Assembly (NCBI GenBank): GCA_977017645.1
Contig: OZ360222.1
Coordinates: forward strand, 248,186,001 to 248,250,000
DNA from: Torpedo marmorata
Lineage: Eukaryota
Direction: 5' to 3'
DNA length: 64,000 bases
Shown here: piece by piece, positions 27,158-39,021 of the stretch
Position numbering within the stretch: position 1 is the first letter of the stretch
Layout: every line of letters begins with the position of its first letter
Made by a program: the position numbers and the translations under genes
Notes under the pieces: generated by a model
The model's database searches: none
Told to the model about the DNA's origin: nothing
The model's input: only the letters and a program-made list of their open reading frames with translations

Positions 27158-28105
27158 AGATGATAGGGTGGTAAATTGGATTAGTAAGTATGCAGATAAT
27201 ACGAAGATTGGTGGTGTTGTGGACAGTGAAGAGGGATATCAAAGCTTGCAGGGGGATATTGGACAGTTAGAAGAGTGGGCAGAAACATGGCAGATGGAGT
27301 TTAATACTGATAAATGTGAGGTGCTACATTTTGTTAGGACTAATCAGCAAAGGTCATACGTGTTAAATGGAAGACAATTGAGAAGTGCAGTAGAACAGAG
27401 GGATTTAGGAATTCTGGTACATAATTCCCTGAAAGTTGAGTCACACGTACATAGGGTGGTGAAGAAAGCATTTGGTATGTTGGCCTTCATAAATCAGAGT
27501 ATTGAATATAGGAGTTGGGATGTCATGTTGAAGTTGTATAAGGCATTGGTGAGGCCAAATTTGGAATATTGTGCGCAGTTTTGGTCGCCGAATTACAGGA
27601 AGGATATAAACAGAATAGAGAGAGTGCAGAGGAGATTTACAAGAATGTTGCCTGGGTTTCTGGGTTTGAGTTATAAGGAAAGGTTGAACAGGCTGGGACT
27701 TTATTCCCTGGAGCGTAGAAGGTTGAGGGGTGATTTGATAGAGGTATTTAAAATTATGAAGCGGAAAGATAGAGTCAATGTGGACAGGCTTTTTCCATTG
27801 AGAGAGGGGAAGATTCAAACAAGAGGGCATGGATTGAGATTGAAGGGGGAAAAGTTAGAGGAAACATGAGGGGGAATTTCTTCACTCAGAGGGTGGTAGG
27901 AGGGTGGAACGAGCTTCCGGCCGAAGTGGTAGATGCAGGTTCAATTTTAATGTTTAAGGAAAAGTTGGATAGGTATATGGACGAGAGAGGTGTGGAGGGT
28001 TATGGGCCGGGTGCGGGTCAGTGGGACTAGGTGGGAGAATGTATTCGGCATGGACTCGAAGGGCCGAACTGGCCTGTTTCTGTGCTGTAAATGTTATATG
28101 GTTAT
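27158..28105 (+). mobile_element. CR1 LINE 3' fragment inside a Rex1 remnant
   Basis: ISKYADNTKIGG..WQMEFNTDKC..TRGH and TATATGGT tail; flanks 26800-27030 and 28110-28350 are Rex1-like. Confidence 0.92.
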
Positions 28106-28842
28106 ACTACAGCTCCACCTTCAAGACGACAATCCCCAGCAAACATATCCCCAAACATTTGGACCGTGGCCTCAGCAACCCCCTCTGAAACTGGATCTTT
28201 GGCTTCCTGTCCAACAGGCTGCAATCAGTGAAGCTGGGTAGCCACCTATCCTCCATGTTCACCCTCAACACCGATGCGTACAAGGATACGTAGTCAGCCC
28301 CTACTATACTCCCACTACACCAACAACTGTGTACCCAAATATCACTCCAACTCAGATTTCAGATTTATTGTCAGAGTAAATACATGACATCACATACAAC
28401 TCTGAGATTCTTTTTTCTGCGGACGCGGCAGAATTACCACTTATTGGTAGTTAAAAATAAACCTGTACACTGCGTGCACATGTAAACAAATAAAGAACTG
28501 TAAACGGATAATGAATGTAAACAAACTGTGCAATACAGAGAGAATTTTAAAAATCAATAAAATGCACAAGTAAGAGTCCTTAAATGAGTCCCTGATTGAG
28601 TTTGTTGTTGAGGAGTCTGATGGTGGAGGGGTAAAGAATTCCATCTTTAAGTTCACTGATGACACCATAGTTGTAGGCCGGATAGCAAATAATGATGAGA
28701 TGTAATAGAGGAAGGAAGTTGAGGGCGAGTAGCCTGCTTTCAAGATAACAACCTCTCTATAAATGTCAGTAAGACAAAGGAGCTGATCATTGACTTCAGG
28801 AGTGGGTGTAGAGCTCACTTCCATGTCCACATTAATTTTTTT

Positions 28843-29098
28843 TTAATTTAAATTTAGACATACAGCACGGTAACAGGCCCTTTCGGCCCACGAGTCCATG
28901 CCACCCAATTTACACCCAATTGGCCTACAACCCCCGGTACGTTTTGAAGGGTGGGAGGAAACCGGAGCCCCCAGGGAGAACCCACGCAGATCGGGGAGAA
29001 CGTACAAACTCCTTACAGACAGCACAAGATTCGAACTCCGGTCCCGATCGCTGGAGCTGTAACAGCGTTGAGCTAACCGCTACGCCAACTGTGCCACC
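28843..29098 (-). mobile_element. V-SINE
   Basis: SINE consensus. Confidence 0.9.
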
Positions 29099-29738
29099 TG
29101 GAGCTGAACATATCCAGTAACCTGTCCTGGACCAACCACATAGACATGACATTCAAGAAAGAACTTCTTTAGAAGAGTTTGAAAGTTCGGCATGTCGCAC
29201 ATGTCCCTTAACAACTTCGCCAGGTGCAGCATCAAAAACATACTTGCTGGAAGCATTACAGGGTGGTACGGGATTTGCTCCACCTATGATTGCAAGAAGC
29301 TGCAGAAGGTGGTAAATGTAGCTCAGTACGCCACGCAAACCTCCCTCCCCTCCATCATTTGGCGACACGGTTAGCGTAGCAGTTAGCACAATGCTGTTAC
29401 TGCACCAGCGATCGGGACTGGGGTTCGAATACCTCATGCCTCATGTACTATCCCACACAGACTACCCGCAAATTGGAGGAACAACATCTCATATTCCGTC
29501 TCGGCACTCTCCAGCCAGATGGCATTAACATTGACTTTTCTGCTTTCCACTAAACCTGCTTGTTGTTCCCTTCCCCTCCCCCCTCACCTGTCCTTCCTGT
29601 TTTTCTGCAGCTACCCAGCCATCCCTCCTCCCCCTCTTTGCTGCTGTCCCCTCCCTCCTTTCTCCACCTATCATCTCCTGCCTTTGCCATCCCCCTTCCC
29701 CCCTCACTCTTTTGTTCGGACGCCTACCGGCATTTTCT

Positions 29739-29783
29739 CATACTTTGATGAAGGGCTCAAGCCCGAAACGTCGGTTATGTATT
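29739..29783 (+). ncRNA. Minimal hammerhead-ribozyme-like motif (copies also at 18964-19008 and 35626-35669)
   Basis: ATAC-TTTGATGA-AGGGC TCAA GCCC-GAAA-CGTCGGTTA-TGTAT matches the core/stem II/GAAA layout known from Penelope terminal repeats; core begins U instead of C. Confidence 0.55.
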
Positions 29784-30439
29784 TCTACCTTTGCTACATA
29801 AAAGACACTGTTTGACCTGCTGAGTTTCTCCAGCATTTGTGTTTTTTACTTCAACCACGGTGTCCACAGATTTTCGTGTTTTACTTCTGAATACTACAAC
29901 AACTCTGTGAAAACTCTTTGAGGGATGCCTACCCTGAAGAAGTTCGCCTTTGCTCTCCGAAGGGAGTTCTGTGGGATTCTCTCTCACTGCTCCCCATCTG
30001 CAACCCCTGCTGCTCTCAAGCTCTACGACCATGTACCCACCCAGACTCGATTCCACAGTCACGTTGCCTTCCTTGCTACTTGCCTCCGTCGTCATCTTGT
30101 GCCTCGTGGTTTCCAGCTTCGATTCCAGGCCTCGCAGTTTGGCCCCCGCAAGGACCTCAGGTACCTCCACAACATCAACTGCTGCTCTCTCCGCTTCTCC
30201 CAAAGACTCCTCCGCACCACCCTCACCTCGACGCGGTGATACCAGCGGCAACTCGCGCTATCCCTGCCACAGCTCCGGACCTCGCTGGCCATGGCCTGCA
30301 GCGGACCCCTCCTATACTACATCCGCTGCCGGATCCACGCGTTCAACCGTCGGCTCTACACCTACCTGGCGTCCATCAAGAACCGTAAGCTTGCCTCCCT
30401 TGAAACTGCAGCCTCTGCTACCCTCTACGTGGATCCCCA

Positions 30440-30800
30440 TCTCGGCCCAGGCCACCTGCCCTCCGGAGCTCCCAACGCCGCGTCCGCCGACCCGATCCCT
30501 GGTCCCAGCCGCCGACTCACCGGAGCTCCCAACGCCGCAGCCGCCGACCAGAGCCTGGACCCCGGCCGCCGACTTACCGGAGCTCCCTACGCCGCAGCTG
30601 CCGACCTGATCCCTGGTCCCGGCCGCCGACTTACCGGAGCTCCCAACACCGGCGCTGCCGACCCGAACCTGGACCCCGGCCGCCGACTTACCGGAGCTCC
30701 CAACGCGACGGCCACCGACCTGACCCTGGACCCCGGCCGCCAACTCACCGGAGCTCCCAACGCCGCAGCCGCCTGCTCCGACCCGCGCCCCTGGCGCCGA
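30440..30800 (+). repeat. 57-bp GC-rich tandem repeat (~6 units) in the Penelope 5' coding region
   Basis: Repeating CCGGAGCTCCCAACGCC..GACC..CCCGGCCGCCGACTTA, translating as 19-aa GAPNAAAADxxxxPGRRLT units. Confidence 0.85.
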
Positions 30801-31501
30801 CATGATGGTACTCCCATAGCTATGGCCGCTAACCCCAGCCCGGACCCCGAGCCTCTACTCACCAGAGTTCCCTATGCCTCCACCGCCGACTCCTGACACA
30901 GACTGTTACCTGCTGGAGCCTCCCACGCTGACTGCCACTGGAGTCCTCATCTTGCAACAAGATCCCACTTACCTATCCCCCTCACTACTCCTTCCCTCTC
31001 CTCCTGCACCTCTCCCTACTCCACCCCCATCTCCCCCTCTCTGCCCCCCTCTCCTCCCCAACCCTCAGACCTCATCCCTTCCCTCCATCCCCCCCTCTCT
31101 CTGGCTACCCTCCCTACCCCCCTCTCCCACCCTCCTACCTCCCCTACCCCCCACCTCCCCCCTCCGATCCCCCCTCCCCCTCCCTCCAACCTCCCCCACC
31201 CTCCACCTCCCCCCTCTGACCTCCCCAACCCTCCCCTTCCCCCTAACACCCTCCACAACACCGATCCCCACTCTAACCCCTGCTTGGTTTTTACTATCCC
31301 CTCTGACCTTCCCCTCTCTGAGAAGGAGCACTCCGTCCTCAGTAGAGGCCTCACCTTCGTCCCCCTCCGCCAACACCTCAACAAGTTCCGCGCACGCCAT
31401 GATGCCGAACTCTTCTTCCGTCGCTTCCACCTCCGGGCTCACTTCCATGACCGTGACTCTCCACCCCCCACCCAAGACCCTTTCTCCCGCTTCAAGCCTT
31501 C

Positions 31502-33469
31502 TTTTTTTTTTTTTTTTTATAATTTTATTTAAATTTTTAAAATCACAAAATACATAGATCAAAAATAATATATCATTACAAGTACATGTGATATATTTCC
31601 TACCCCCCTCCCACCCTCCCCTCCCCAACCCCCCCACCACTACTCTAAAAAAAAAAGAAAAAGAGAAAAATGTTGAATAATAAAGAATTGAAGAATTAAA
31701 GTGAGGAGAAAACAAATTACAAGCTAATTCTATTTATAGATTGGAGGTTAATTTCGCCAGCGGAGCCGACTTCTAGAGAATTAATTCATACCCATAATTC
31801 TCATATATGGGCTCCAAATTTTCAAAAAGAAATGATATTTATTACGTAAATTATATGTAATCTTTTCCAATGGTATACATGAACGTAATTCTGCATGCAA
31901 TCTATCTAAATTCAAATCTAAATCTGATTTCCAAGTAATAGCAATACATTTTTTTGAAACCGCTAAAACAATTCGCAAAAATTCTATTTGATACATATTT
32001 AATCTATTTCTAATACTAAATTTTTTAATATCTCCAAATAAAAATAACATAGGATCCATTGGAACCGTAATATTAAAAATTCTATCCAAAAAATCTTTAA
32101 CCTTAGACCAAAAATCCTTAATTTTAGAACATAACCATGTTGAATGAACAAACGAACCAATTTCATCCTTACATCTAAAACACATATCTGATAATGCCGG
32201 ATTAAATTTCTTTAATTTTTTAGGTGTTAAATATAATTGGTAAAAAAAATTATATTGTAATAATCTACACCTAACATTAATAATTTTAGTCATACTCAAT
32301 TTACATAAATCTTTCCAATGTTTTTCATCTATACTAATATTTAAATCTGATTCCCATCTTAATCTTGATTTATGAAATCCTACCTTAGGCATTTTTCTCT
32401 GAAGTAATTTATACATTTGTGATATAAATTTATTAACATTTCCATTAGTAATTAATAATTCTAATCCATCCTGTCTTGGAGCTATTAATTGATTCCCCAA
32501 TTTCTCAACTAAAAATCCTTTAACCTGATAATAAGCTAAAATTGTATTATCCAATATTCCAAATTTTTCTTTCAGTCTGGAAAATGTAACAAATCTTCCA
32601 GCCTCAAAACAATCTTTAATCTTCTTAATTCCTTTTTGAAACCATATTTTTAAAAATTGATTATCAATAGAAAAAGGTATTAGTAAATTCTGATACAATG
32701 GCGTATTTGGAGATAATAACCCTTTTCGTCCTATCTCATTGTCTAACTGTGTCCAAATTTCCAACAAATGTTTAATAATCGGTGAATTTTTCTTTTTAAC
32801 TAATAATAATTTAGAATTCCATTTATAAATAATATCTTCTTTCTATCTCTCCCCTATATTATTCAATTCTATATTAATCCAAGCAGTAGATTTAGTTAAA
32901 TCAAAAAATTCATTAATAAACTTTAATTGAGCTGCCTTATAATAATATGGAAAATTGGGGAGTTGTAATCCACCCATCTCATAATTCCAAGTTAATTTAT
33001 CCATACTTACTCTCGCTAATTTTCCCTTCCATAAAAATTTCCTAATAATAATTTTTAAATCTTTAAAAAATTTTTGAGGAATTCCAAAAGGAATAGATTG
33101 AAAAAGGTATTGAACTCTTGGAAAAATATTCATTTTAATACAATTCACTCTTCCCATTAAAGTTATAGGTAAATCTTTCCAATTCTCCAAATCTTTCTTT
33201 ATTTTCTGAAATAAAGGTATATAATTTAATTTATATAAATTTTCAAATTTTGTATCTACTTTAACTCCCAAATATTTAATTCCTTCTTTAGCCCATTTAA
33301 ATCCTGTAACTTCTTTACATTTAGTATAATCTCCTTGAGATAAAGCCATTATCTCACTCTTATCCGAATTTATTTTATAACCAGATATCTCACCATACTC
33401 CCTCAATATCTTAGCTAATTGTTGAAGTGATACAATAGATTTCGTCATATATATTAATACATCATCTGC
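31502..33469 (-). mobile_element. L1-clade LINE 3' portion inserted in the Penelope element
   Basis: T-run (poly-A) at 31502; ORF2 pieces 31781-32767 and 32843-33448 similar to the 19823-23052 copy; TSD CAAGCCTTCT on both sides. Confidence 0.93.
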
Positions 33470-34090
33470 AAGCCTTCTTCCTCTTCCTGGACACCTCGCC
33501 CTGGCCAGCTGCCCGCTCTGGACCTTTTTATTTCCAACTGCCGCAGAGACATCAACCGTCTCAACTTCACCACCCCCCTCTCGTATTCCAATCTCACCTC
33601 CTCAGAACGCTCTGCCCTCCACTCTCTCTGCAACAATCCCAACCTCACCATCAAACCCGCAGACAAGGGCGGTGCGGTTGTGGTCTGGCGCACTGACCTC
33701 TACCTTGCCGAGGCCAGTTGACAACTCTCAGACACCTGCTCCTACCGACCCCTCCCACAGGACCCCACCACAGAACATCAAGCTACTGTCTCCAACACCA
33801 TCTCCGACCTCATCAGCTACGGCCACCTCCCCTCCACGGCCACCAACCTCATTCTCCCCCACCCCCGCACTGCCCGTTTCTACCTTCTACCCAAGATACA
33901 CAAACCCAACCATCCGGGCAGACCCATTGTTTCTGCCTGCTCCTGCCCCACCGAACGAGTTTCATCTTACCTTGACTCCATCTTTTCTCCCCTGGTCCAA
34001 TCCCTCTCCACCTACATCCGCGACACCTCACATGCCCTCCATCTCCTCAATGACTTCAGATTCCCTGAACCGGACCGCATCATCTTCACC

Positions 34091-35440
34091 ATGGATGTCC
34101 AATCCCTTTATACCTCTATCCCCCACACAGAAGGTCTGAAAGCACTTCGCTTCTTCCTGGACAAAAGACCCGACCAGTCACCCTCTACCACCACCCTCCT
34201 CCGCCTGGCAGAACTTGTCCTCACTCTCAATAACTTCTCCTTCAACTCATCCCACTTCCTCCAAATCAAAGGAGTAGCCATGGGTACCCGCATGGGTCCC
34301 AGCTACGCCTGCCTGTTTGTGGGCTTTGTGGAGCAATCCATGCTGCAAGCCTACACAGGCAAGACCCCTCATCTCTTCCTCCGTTATATCGACGACATCA
34401 TCGGGGCTGCCTCATGCACCCACGATGAGCTTGTCAACTTCATCCACTTCGCATCCAACTTTCACCACGATCTCAAACTCACCTGGTCCATCTCCGATAA
34501 CACTCTCCCCTTCCTGGATCTCTCTGTCTCCATCTCGGGAGACAAGCTTTCCACCGACATTTACTACAAACCCTCCAACTCCCACAACTATCTGGACTAC
34601 ACATCCTCACACCCTGTCCCCTGCAAGGACTCCATCCCCTTCTCTCAATTTCTCCGCCTCCGCCGCATCTGTTCCCAAGATGAGGTGTTCCACTCCAGAT
34701 CTTCTGAAATGTCTGCGTTTTTCCACAAATGTGGCTTCCCCTCCACCACCATCAACTCAGCCCTAACCCGCATCTCCTCCATTTCCCGCTCATCTGCCCT
34801 GGCCCCCTCTGCCCCCAGACGCAACAAACATAGAATCCCCCTCATCCTCACCTACCACCCCACCAGCCTCCGCATCCAACACATTATCTGCCGGAATTTC
34901 CGGCACTTACTACAGGATCCCACCACCAGACACATTTTTCCTTCTCCTCCCCTCTCGGCCTTCCGTAGGGACCGCTCCCTCCGTGATTCACTCGTGCACT
35001 CATCCCTCCCCACCCATCGCACCCCCGGCACCTTCCCCTGTGCCCGCAGGAGGTGCAACACCTGCGCCCACACCTCCCCCCTCACCACGGTCCAGGGCCC
35101 CAAACAGGCCTTCCAAGTGAAACTACACTTCATTTGTACATCCAGAGAACTTATTTACTGCATCCGGTGCTCCCTTTGTGGCTTTCTCTACATTGGAGAG
35201 ACCGGTCGTAGATTGGGAGACCGCTTTGCTGAGCACCTCCTCTCCGTCCGCAACAACAGCGACCTCCCAGTAGCCAACCATTTCAATTCCGGGTCACACT
35301 CCCACACTCACATGTCTGTCCATGGCCTCATGTACTATCCCACCCAGACTACCCGCAAATTGGAGGAACAACATCTCATATTCCGTCTCGGCACTCTCCA
35401 GCCAGATGGCATTAACATTGACTTTTCTGCTTTCCACTAA
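34091..35440 (+). CDS. Penelope RT C-terminal half and GIY-YIG endonuclease (remnant ORF)
   Basis: 449-aa ORF with YIDD, FLDL and GIY-YIG motifs; upstream part broken by a stop and the L1 insertion. Confidence 0.88.
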   Translation: MDVQSLYTSIPHTEGLKALRFFLDKRPDQSPSTTTLLRLAELVLTLNNFSFNSSHFLQIKGVAMGTRMGPSYACLFVGFVEQSMLQAYTGKTPHLFLRYIDDIIGAASCTHDELVNFIHFASNFHHDLKLTWSISDNTLPFLDLSVSISGDKLSTDIYYKPSNSHNYLDYTSSHPVPCKDSIPFSQFLRLRRICSQDEVFHSRSSEMSAFFHKCGFPSTTINSALTRISSISRSSALAPSAPRRNKHRIPLILTYHPTSLRIQHIICRNFRHLLQDPTTRHIFPSPPLSAFRRDRSLRDSLVHSSLPTHRTPGTFPCARRRCNTCAHTSPLTTVQGPKQAFQVKLHFICTSRELIYCIRCSLCGFLYIGETGRRLGDRFAEHLLSVRNNSDLPVANHFNSGSHSHTHMSVHGLMYYPTQTTRKLEEQHLIFRLGTLQPDGINIDFSAFH

Positions 35441-36304
35441 ACCTGCTTGTCGTTCCCTTCCCCTCCCCCCTCACCTGTCCTTCCTGTTTTTCTGCAGCTA
35501 CCCAGCCATCCCTCCTCCCCCTCTTTGCTGCTGTCCCCTCCCTCCTTTCTCCACCCATCATCTCCTGCCTTTGCCATCCCCCTTCCCCCCTTACTCCTTT
35601 GTTCGGACGCCTGCCGGCATTTTCTCATACTTTGATGAAGGGCTCAAGCCCGAAACGTCGGTTATGTATTTCTACCTTTGCTACATAAAAGACACTGTTT
35701 GACCTGCTGAGTTTCTCCAGCATTTGTGTTTTTTACTTCAACCACGGTGTCCACAGATTTTCGTGTTTTATTTCGAATCCCGCGCTGTCTGTAAGGAATT
35801 TGTACGTTCTCCTTCGTGTCTGCGTGGGTTTTCCCCATGTCCTCCGGTTTCCTCCCACAGTTCAAAACGTACTGGGGTTGTAGGTTAATTGGGTGTAATT
35901 GGGCAGCACGGGCTCAGGGGCCGAAATGGCCTGTTACCGTGCTGTATGTCTAAATTTAATTTTTTTTTAAATTTAAAAATGAACTCCATCTACACCTTCC
36001 GCTGCCCAGGAAAGGCAGCCAACAGACTGAAGGGCCCATCCCACCCTAGACATACGTTCCTTTCTCTCCTCCCCTCAACGAGAAGGTTCAAGAGGGTGAA
36101 TCACACACAAACAGGCTTAAAGACAGTTTCTTCCCTGCAGCCATTGGGCTCCTGAATGAACCTGGTAATGGTGATATCACAATGTACTAACTGAACTTTC
36201 ACTGTATCACTATACTCTATAATTGTGCTCTTGCACTTCTACTTTGTACGGCACTTAACTTGCTGGACTGCATGCAAAAGAACCATCACTTTATTAGGTA
36301 TAAT

Positions 36305-37125
36305 GTGATCACTAACAGAATCACAAACGGCAATGAGGAAGCATACAGGAGGGAGATAGATCAGCTCGTTGAATGGTGTAACGACAACAACCTTGAGCTC
36401 AACGTTAGCAAAACCAAGGAGATGATTGTGGACTTCAGGAGGAAGTCAGGGGAATACGACCCAGTCCTCATCGAGGGTTCAGTAGTGGAGAGGGTCAAGA
36501 ACTTCAAATTCCTGGGTGTCAACATCTCCGAGGATCTGTCCTGGAGCCTCCACGTTGATGCAATCACAAAGAAGGCTCGCCAGCGGCTATACTTTGTGAG
36601 GTATCTGAGGAGATTCGGTATGTCACCGAAGACTCTCGTAAACTTCTACAGGTGTACCGTGGAGAGCATTCTGGCTGGTTGCATCACTGCCTGGTATGGA
36701 GGCATCAACTCTCAGGACAAGAATAAACTCCAGAGGGTTTTTAACTCGGCCTGTGACATCACAGGCACCAAACTTCACTCCATCGAGGACATCTACATGA
36801 GGCGGTGTCTTAAAAAAGCAGCCTCTGTCCAGAAAGACCCCCACCACCCAGGCCATGCCCTCTTCACTCTGCTACCATCGGGAAAAAGGTACAGGAGCCT
36901 AAAGACGAGCACTCAACGGCACAAGGACAGCTTCTTCCCCGCTGCCATCAGATTCCTGAATAATCAATGAACCAAAGACACTGCCTTACTTTTTGTGCAC
37001 TATTATTTATAATTTTTATAGTAATGTTGTAAGATGGTTATAATATGAATGTTAATTGCACTATGATGCTGCTGCAAAACACCGAATTTTATGACTTGTT
37101 CATGACAATAAATTCTGATTCTGAT
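36305..37125 (+). mobile_element. Rex1/Babar LINE 3' fragment
   Basis: [44 protein letters not shown] and (ATTCTG)n tail; near-identical to the reverse complement of 60712-61530. Confidence 0.92.
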
Positions 37126-38389
37126 CATCTCAAATTTGAATTTGAAGGGAATAGACTGATCTTGAGGAGCTCCTGACTTGCCTGAAAACCACTTGCTCCT
37201 TTGTAAGGGTCTGATGCTGCCAAAAAGTGAATGCTTGAGAGGGGATTGGCATACAGTGGTGTAGCAGGATTTCCTGTTTGTCTGTATGTGCGTTATGTCT
37301 GGTTGTGTGTCTGTATGTTTTGCACTGAGGACCGGAGAACGCTGTTTTGTCGGGTTGTACTTGTACAATCAGATGACAATAAACTTGACTTGAGAAGTCA
37401 GTGATTAAAAAAATACCCTCTGATCAGCAGAGTAACAAAAGATAATTAAGATAACCATTTCATAGTAACTCTGGCTTTTAAAAAGTTCCATATAGTGAGA
37501 TAACAAATGAGGATTTCAGTTTTAAGATATTACGCCTGCTTATTACAGGCAATCAAGAAAATCTGCCGATGCTGGGGTCAAGTGCAGCACACAAAAGTGC
37601 TGGAGAAACTCAGCAGGTCACGCAGCATCCATAGGAAGCAAATAATAATAGTTGGCTAGTATAAAAAGGAATATGACAGTGCTGCTGCGGTGGATGAGCT
37701 TCATTCTTTCCGTGGCCCCACCTGCCCCCGAATAATTAATTCTCTCCCTGGGAAACCACATTGAGAGGCAGGTATTGCCCACATACAGCACTGTCATCCT
37801 TGCTCTTAATACATCTAAAAATTGATGAAGAATCAGGGAAGCACTGTGATTCCTCCCAGAACTCCCAACATTTTGTGCTAAAGATCAGGCCTGTTACATT
37901 CCCATTATAAAACAAATGCGAGTTTAGAAATGGCCTGCAAATGAGTCAGCAACCCATCCGTACAATGTCTGCCTGCCCATAATTTCATTGTGTTTTACAC
38001 ATGGGCACCATTACACGTTCGGATAGCCGGTGACTCATGGATCCGCAAATGTTAATCCCCTGAAGCAAAGGAATAGTGCGTCAACAAAACGTGACAAGTG
38101 GCTGCAGAAAGCCGAAGCCCCCACCGAGCTGACACGTTGCGGCTGGAAGATCTGTCCATGGTGCTGAACGGCGGCCGCTTCCAGACGTCAGTTGTTCTGA
38201 ATCAAGCGCAAAGTTTACACGTGTTCGTCAGTACGTTTCGGTATAAGGCTCTGTGGTCTGTTACCGTGTCAATCCCCGAGAGGAAAATTACATTTAATTG
38301 TTGTTGCGGCATTTTACCTCACCTCGGTAGATGCTGGAATATGTTGCTGCAGCTAAAATGCATATCGAGACGAAATTGGTTTTGGTTGA

Positions 38390-38525
38390 AAAGTAAATCA
38401 CGAAAATCTGTAAACACCGTGGTTGAAGTAAAAACACAAATGCTGGAGAAACTCAGCAGGTCAAACAGTGTCTTTTATGTAGCAAAGGTAGAAATACATA
38501 ACCGACGTTTCGGGCTTGAGCCCTT
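38390..38525 (-). mobile_element. Penelope terminal-repeat fragment
   Basis: Reverse complement of 35640-35770. Confidence 0.85.
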
Positions 38526-39021
38526 TTTGGTTGACTGCGTTTTTTTTATATCTTAAAGTTGCAATGTATTTAAGATCCTTGACATTGTGATCATGTCACC
38601 AAATTATCTAGGAGGCAGTGAATGTTAAAATAAAGATCGGGGTTTTGAATGAAGACTCCACTTGAGTGAAGAGATAAGAATGTAAAAATCAGAAGTCGGC
38701 AACTCGACTCCTCCCGTCTCCTCCACCATTCACTACGATCGTGGCTGACCCGGTCTTGGCCCCAACCTCCTAATTCTCTTATAGTTTCATGTCTCTACCT
38801 TCTCCTTGAATATACTCAATGACTCCCCCTCCACAAGTCTCTGGGGGAGAGAATTCCAGAGATTCAAGAAGCTCTGGTTGAAAAAATTCTTCCTCATTTC
38901 CATCTGGAATGAACTACCGCATATTCTGAAACGGTGCCCTCTTGTTCTAGAAACTCTGACCAGGGTAAACAACTTCTCCGCATCCACTTTATCAATCCTG
39001 CTCAGAATACTGTGCGTTTCC

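Larger units (their letters stand above)
29431..35770 (+). mobile_element. Penelope-like element (Neptune-type), partial-tandem structure, interrupted by an L1
   Basis: Upstream copy of the 3' end (29431-29885) repeated at ~35325-35770; RT motifs KPADKGGAVVVW, DVQSLYTSIP, GVAMGTRMGP, RYIDD; Cys linker and GIY-YIG (LIY..YIGETG..RFAEH). Confidence 0.93.
29361..35978 (+). mobile_element. V-SINE split by the Penelope insertion (halves 29361-29430 and 35772-35978)
   Basis: Head ends ..GGGGTTCGAAT and the body resumes TTCGAATCCCGCGCTGTCTG; duplicated TTCGAAT. Confidence 0.85.

Noticed and set aside
30874-31715. Pro-rich and Gly-rich ORFs as extensin-like proteins
   Set aside because: Low-complexity Penelope tract read in alternative frames
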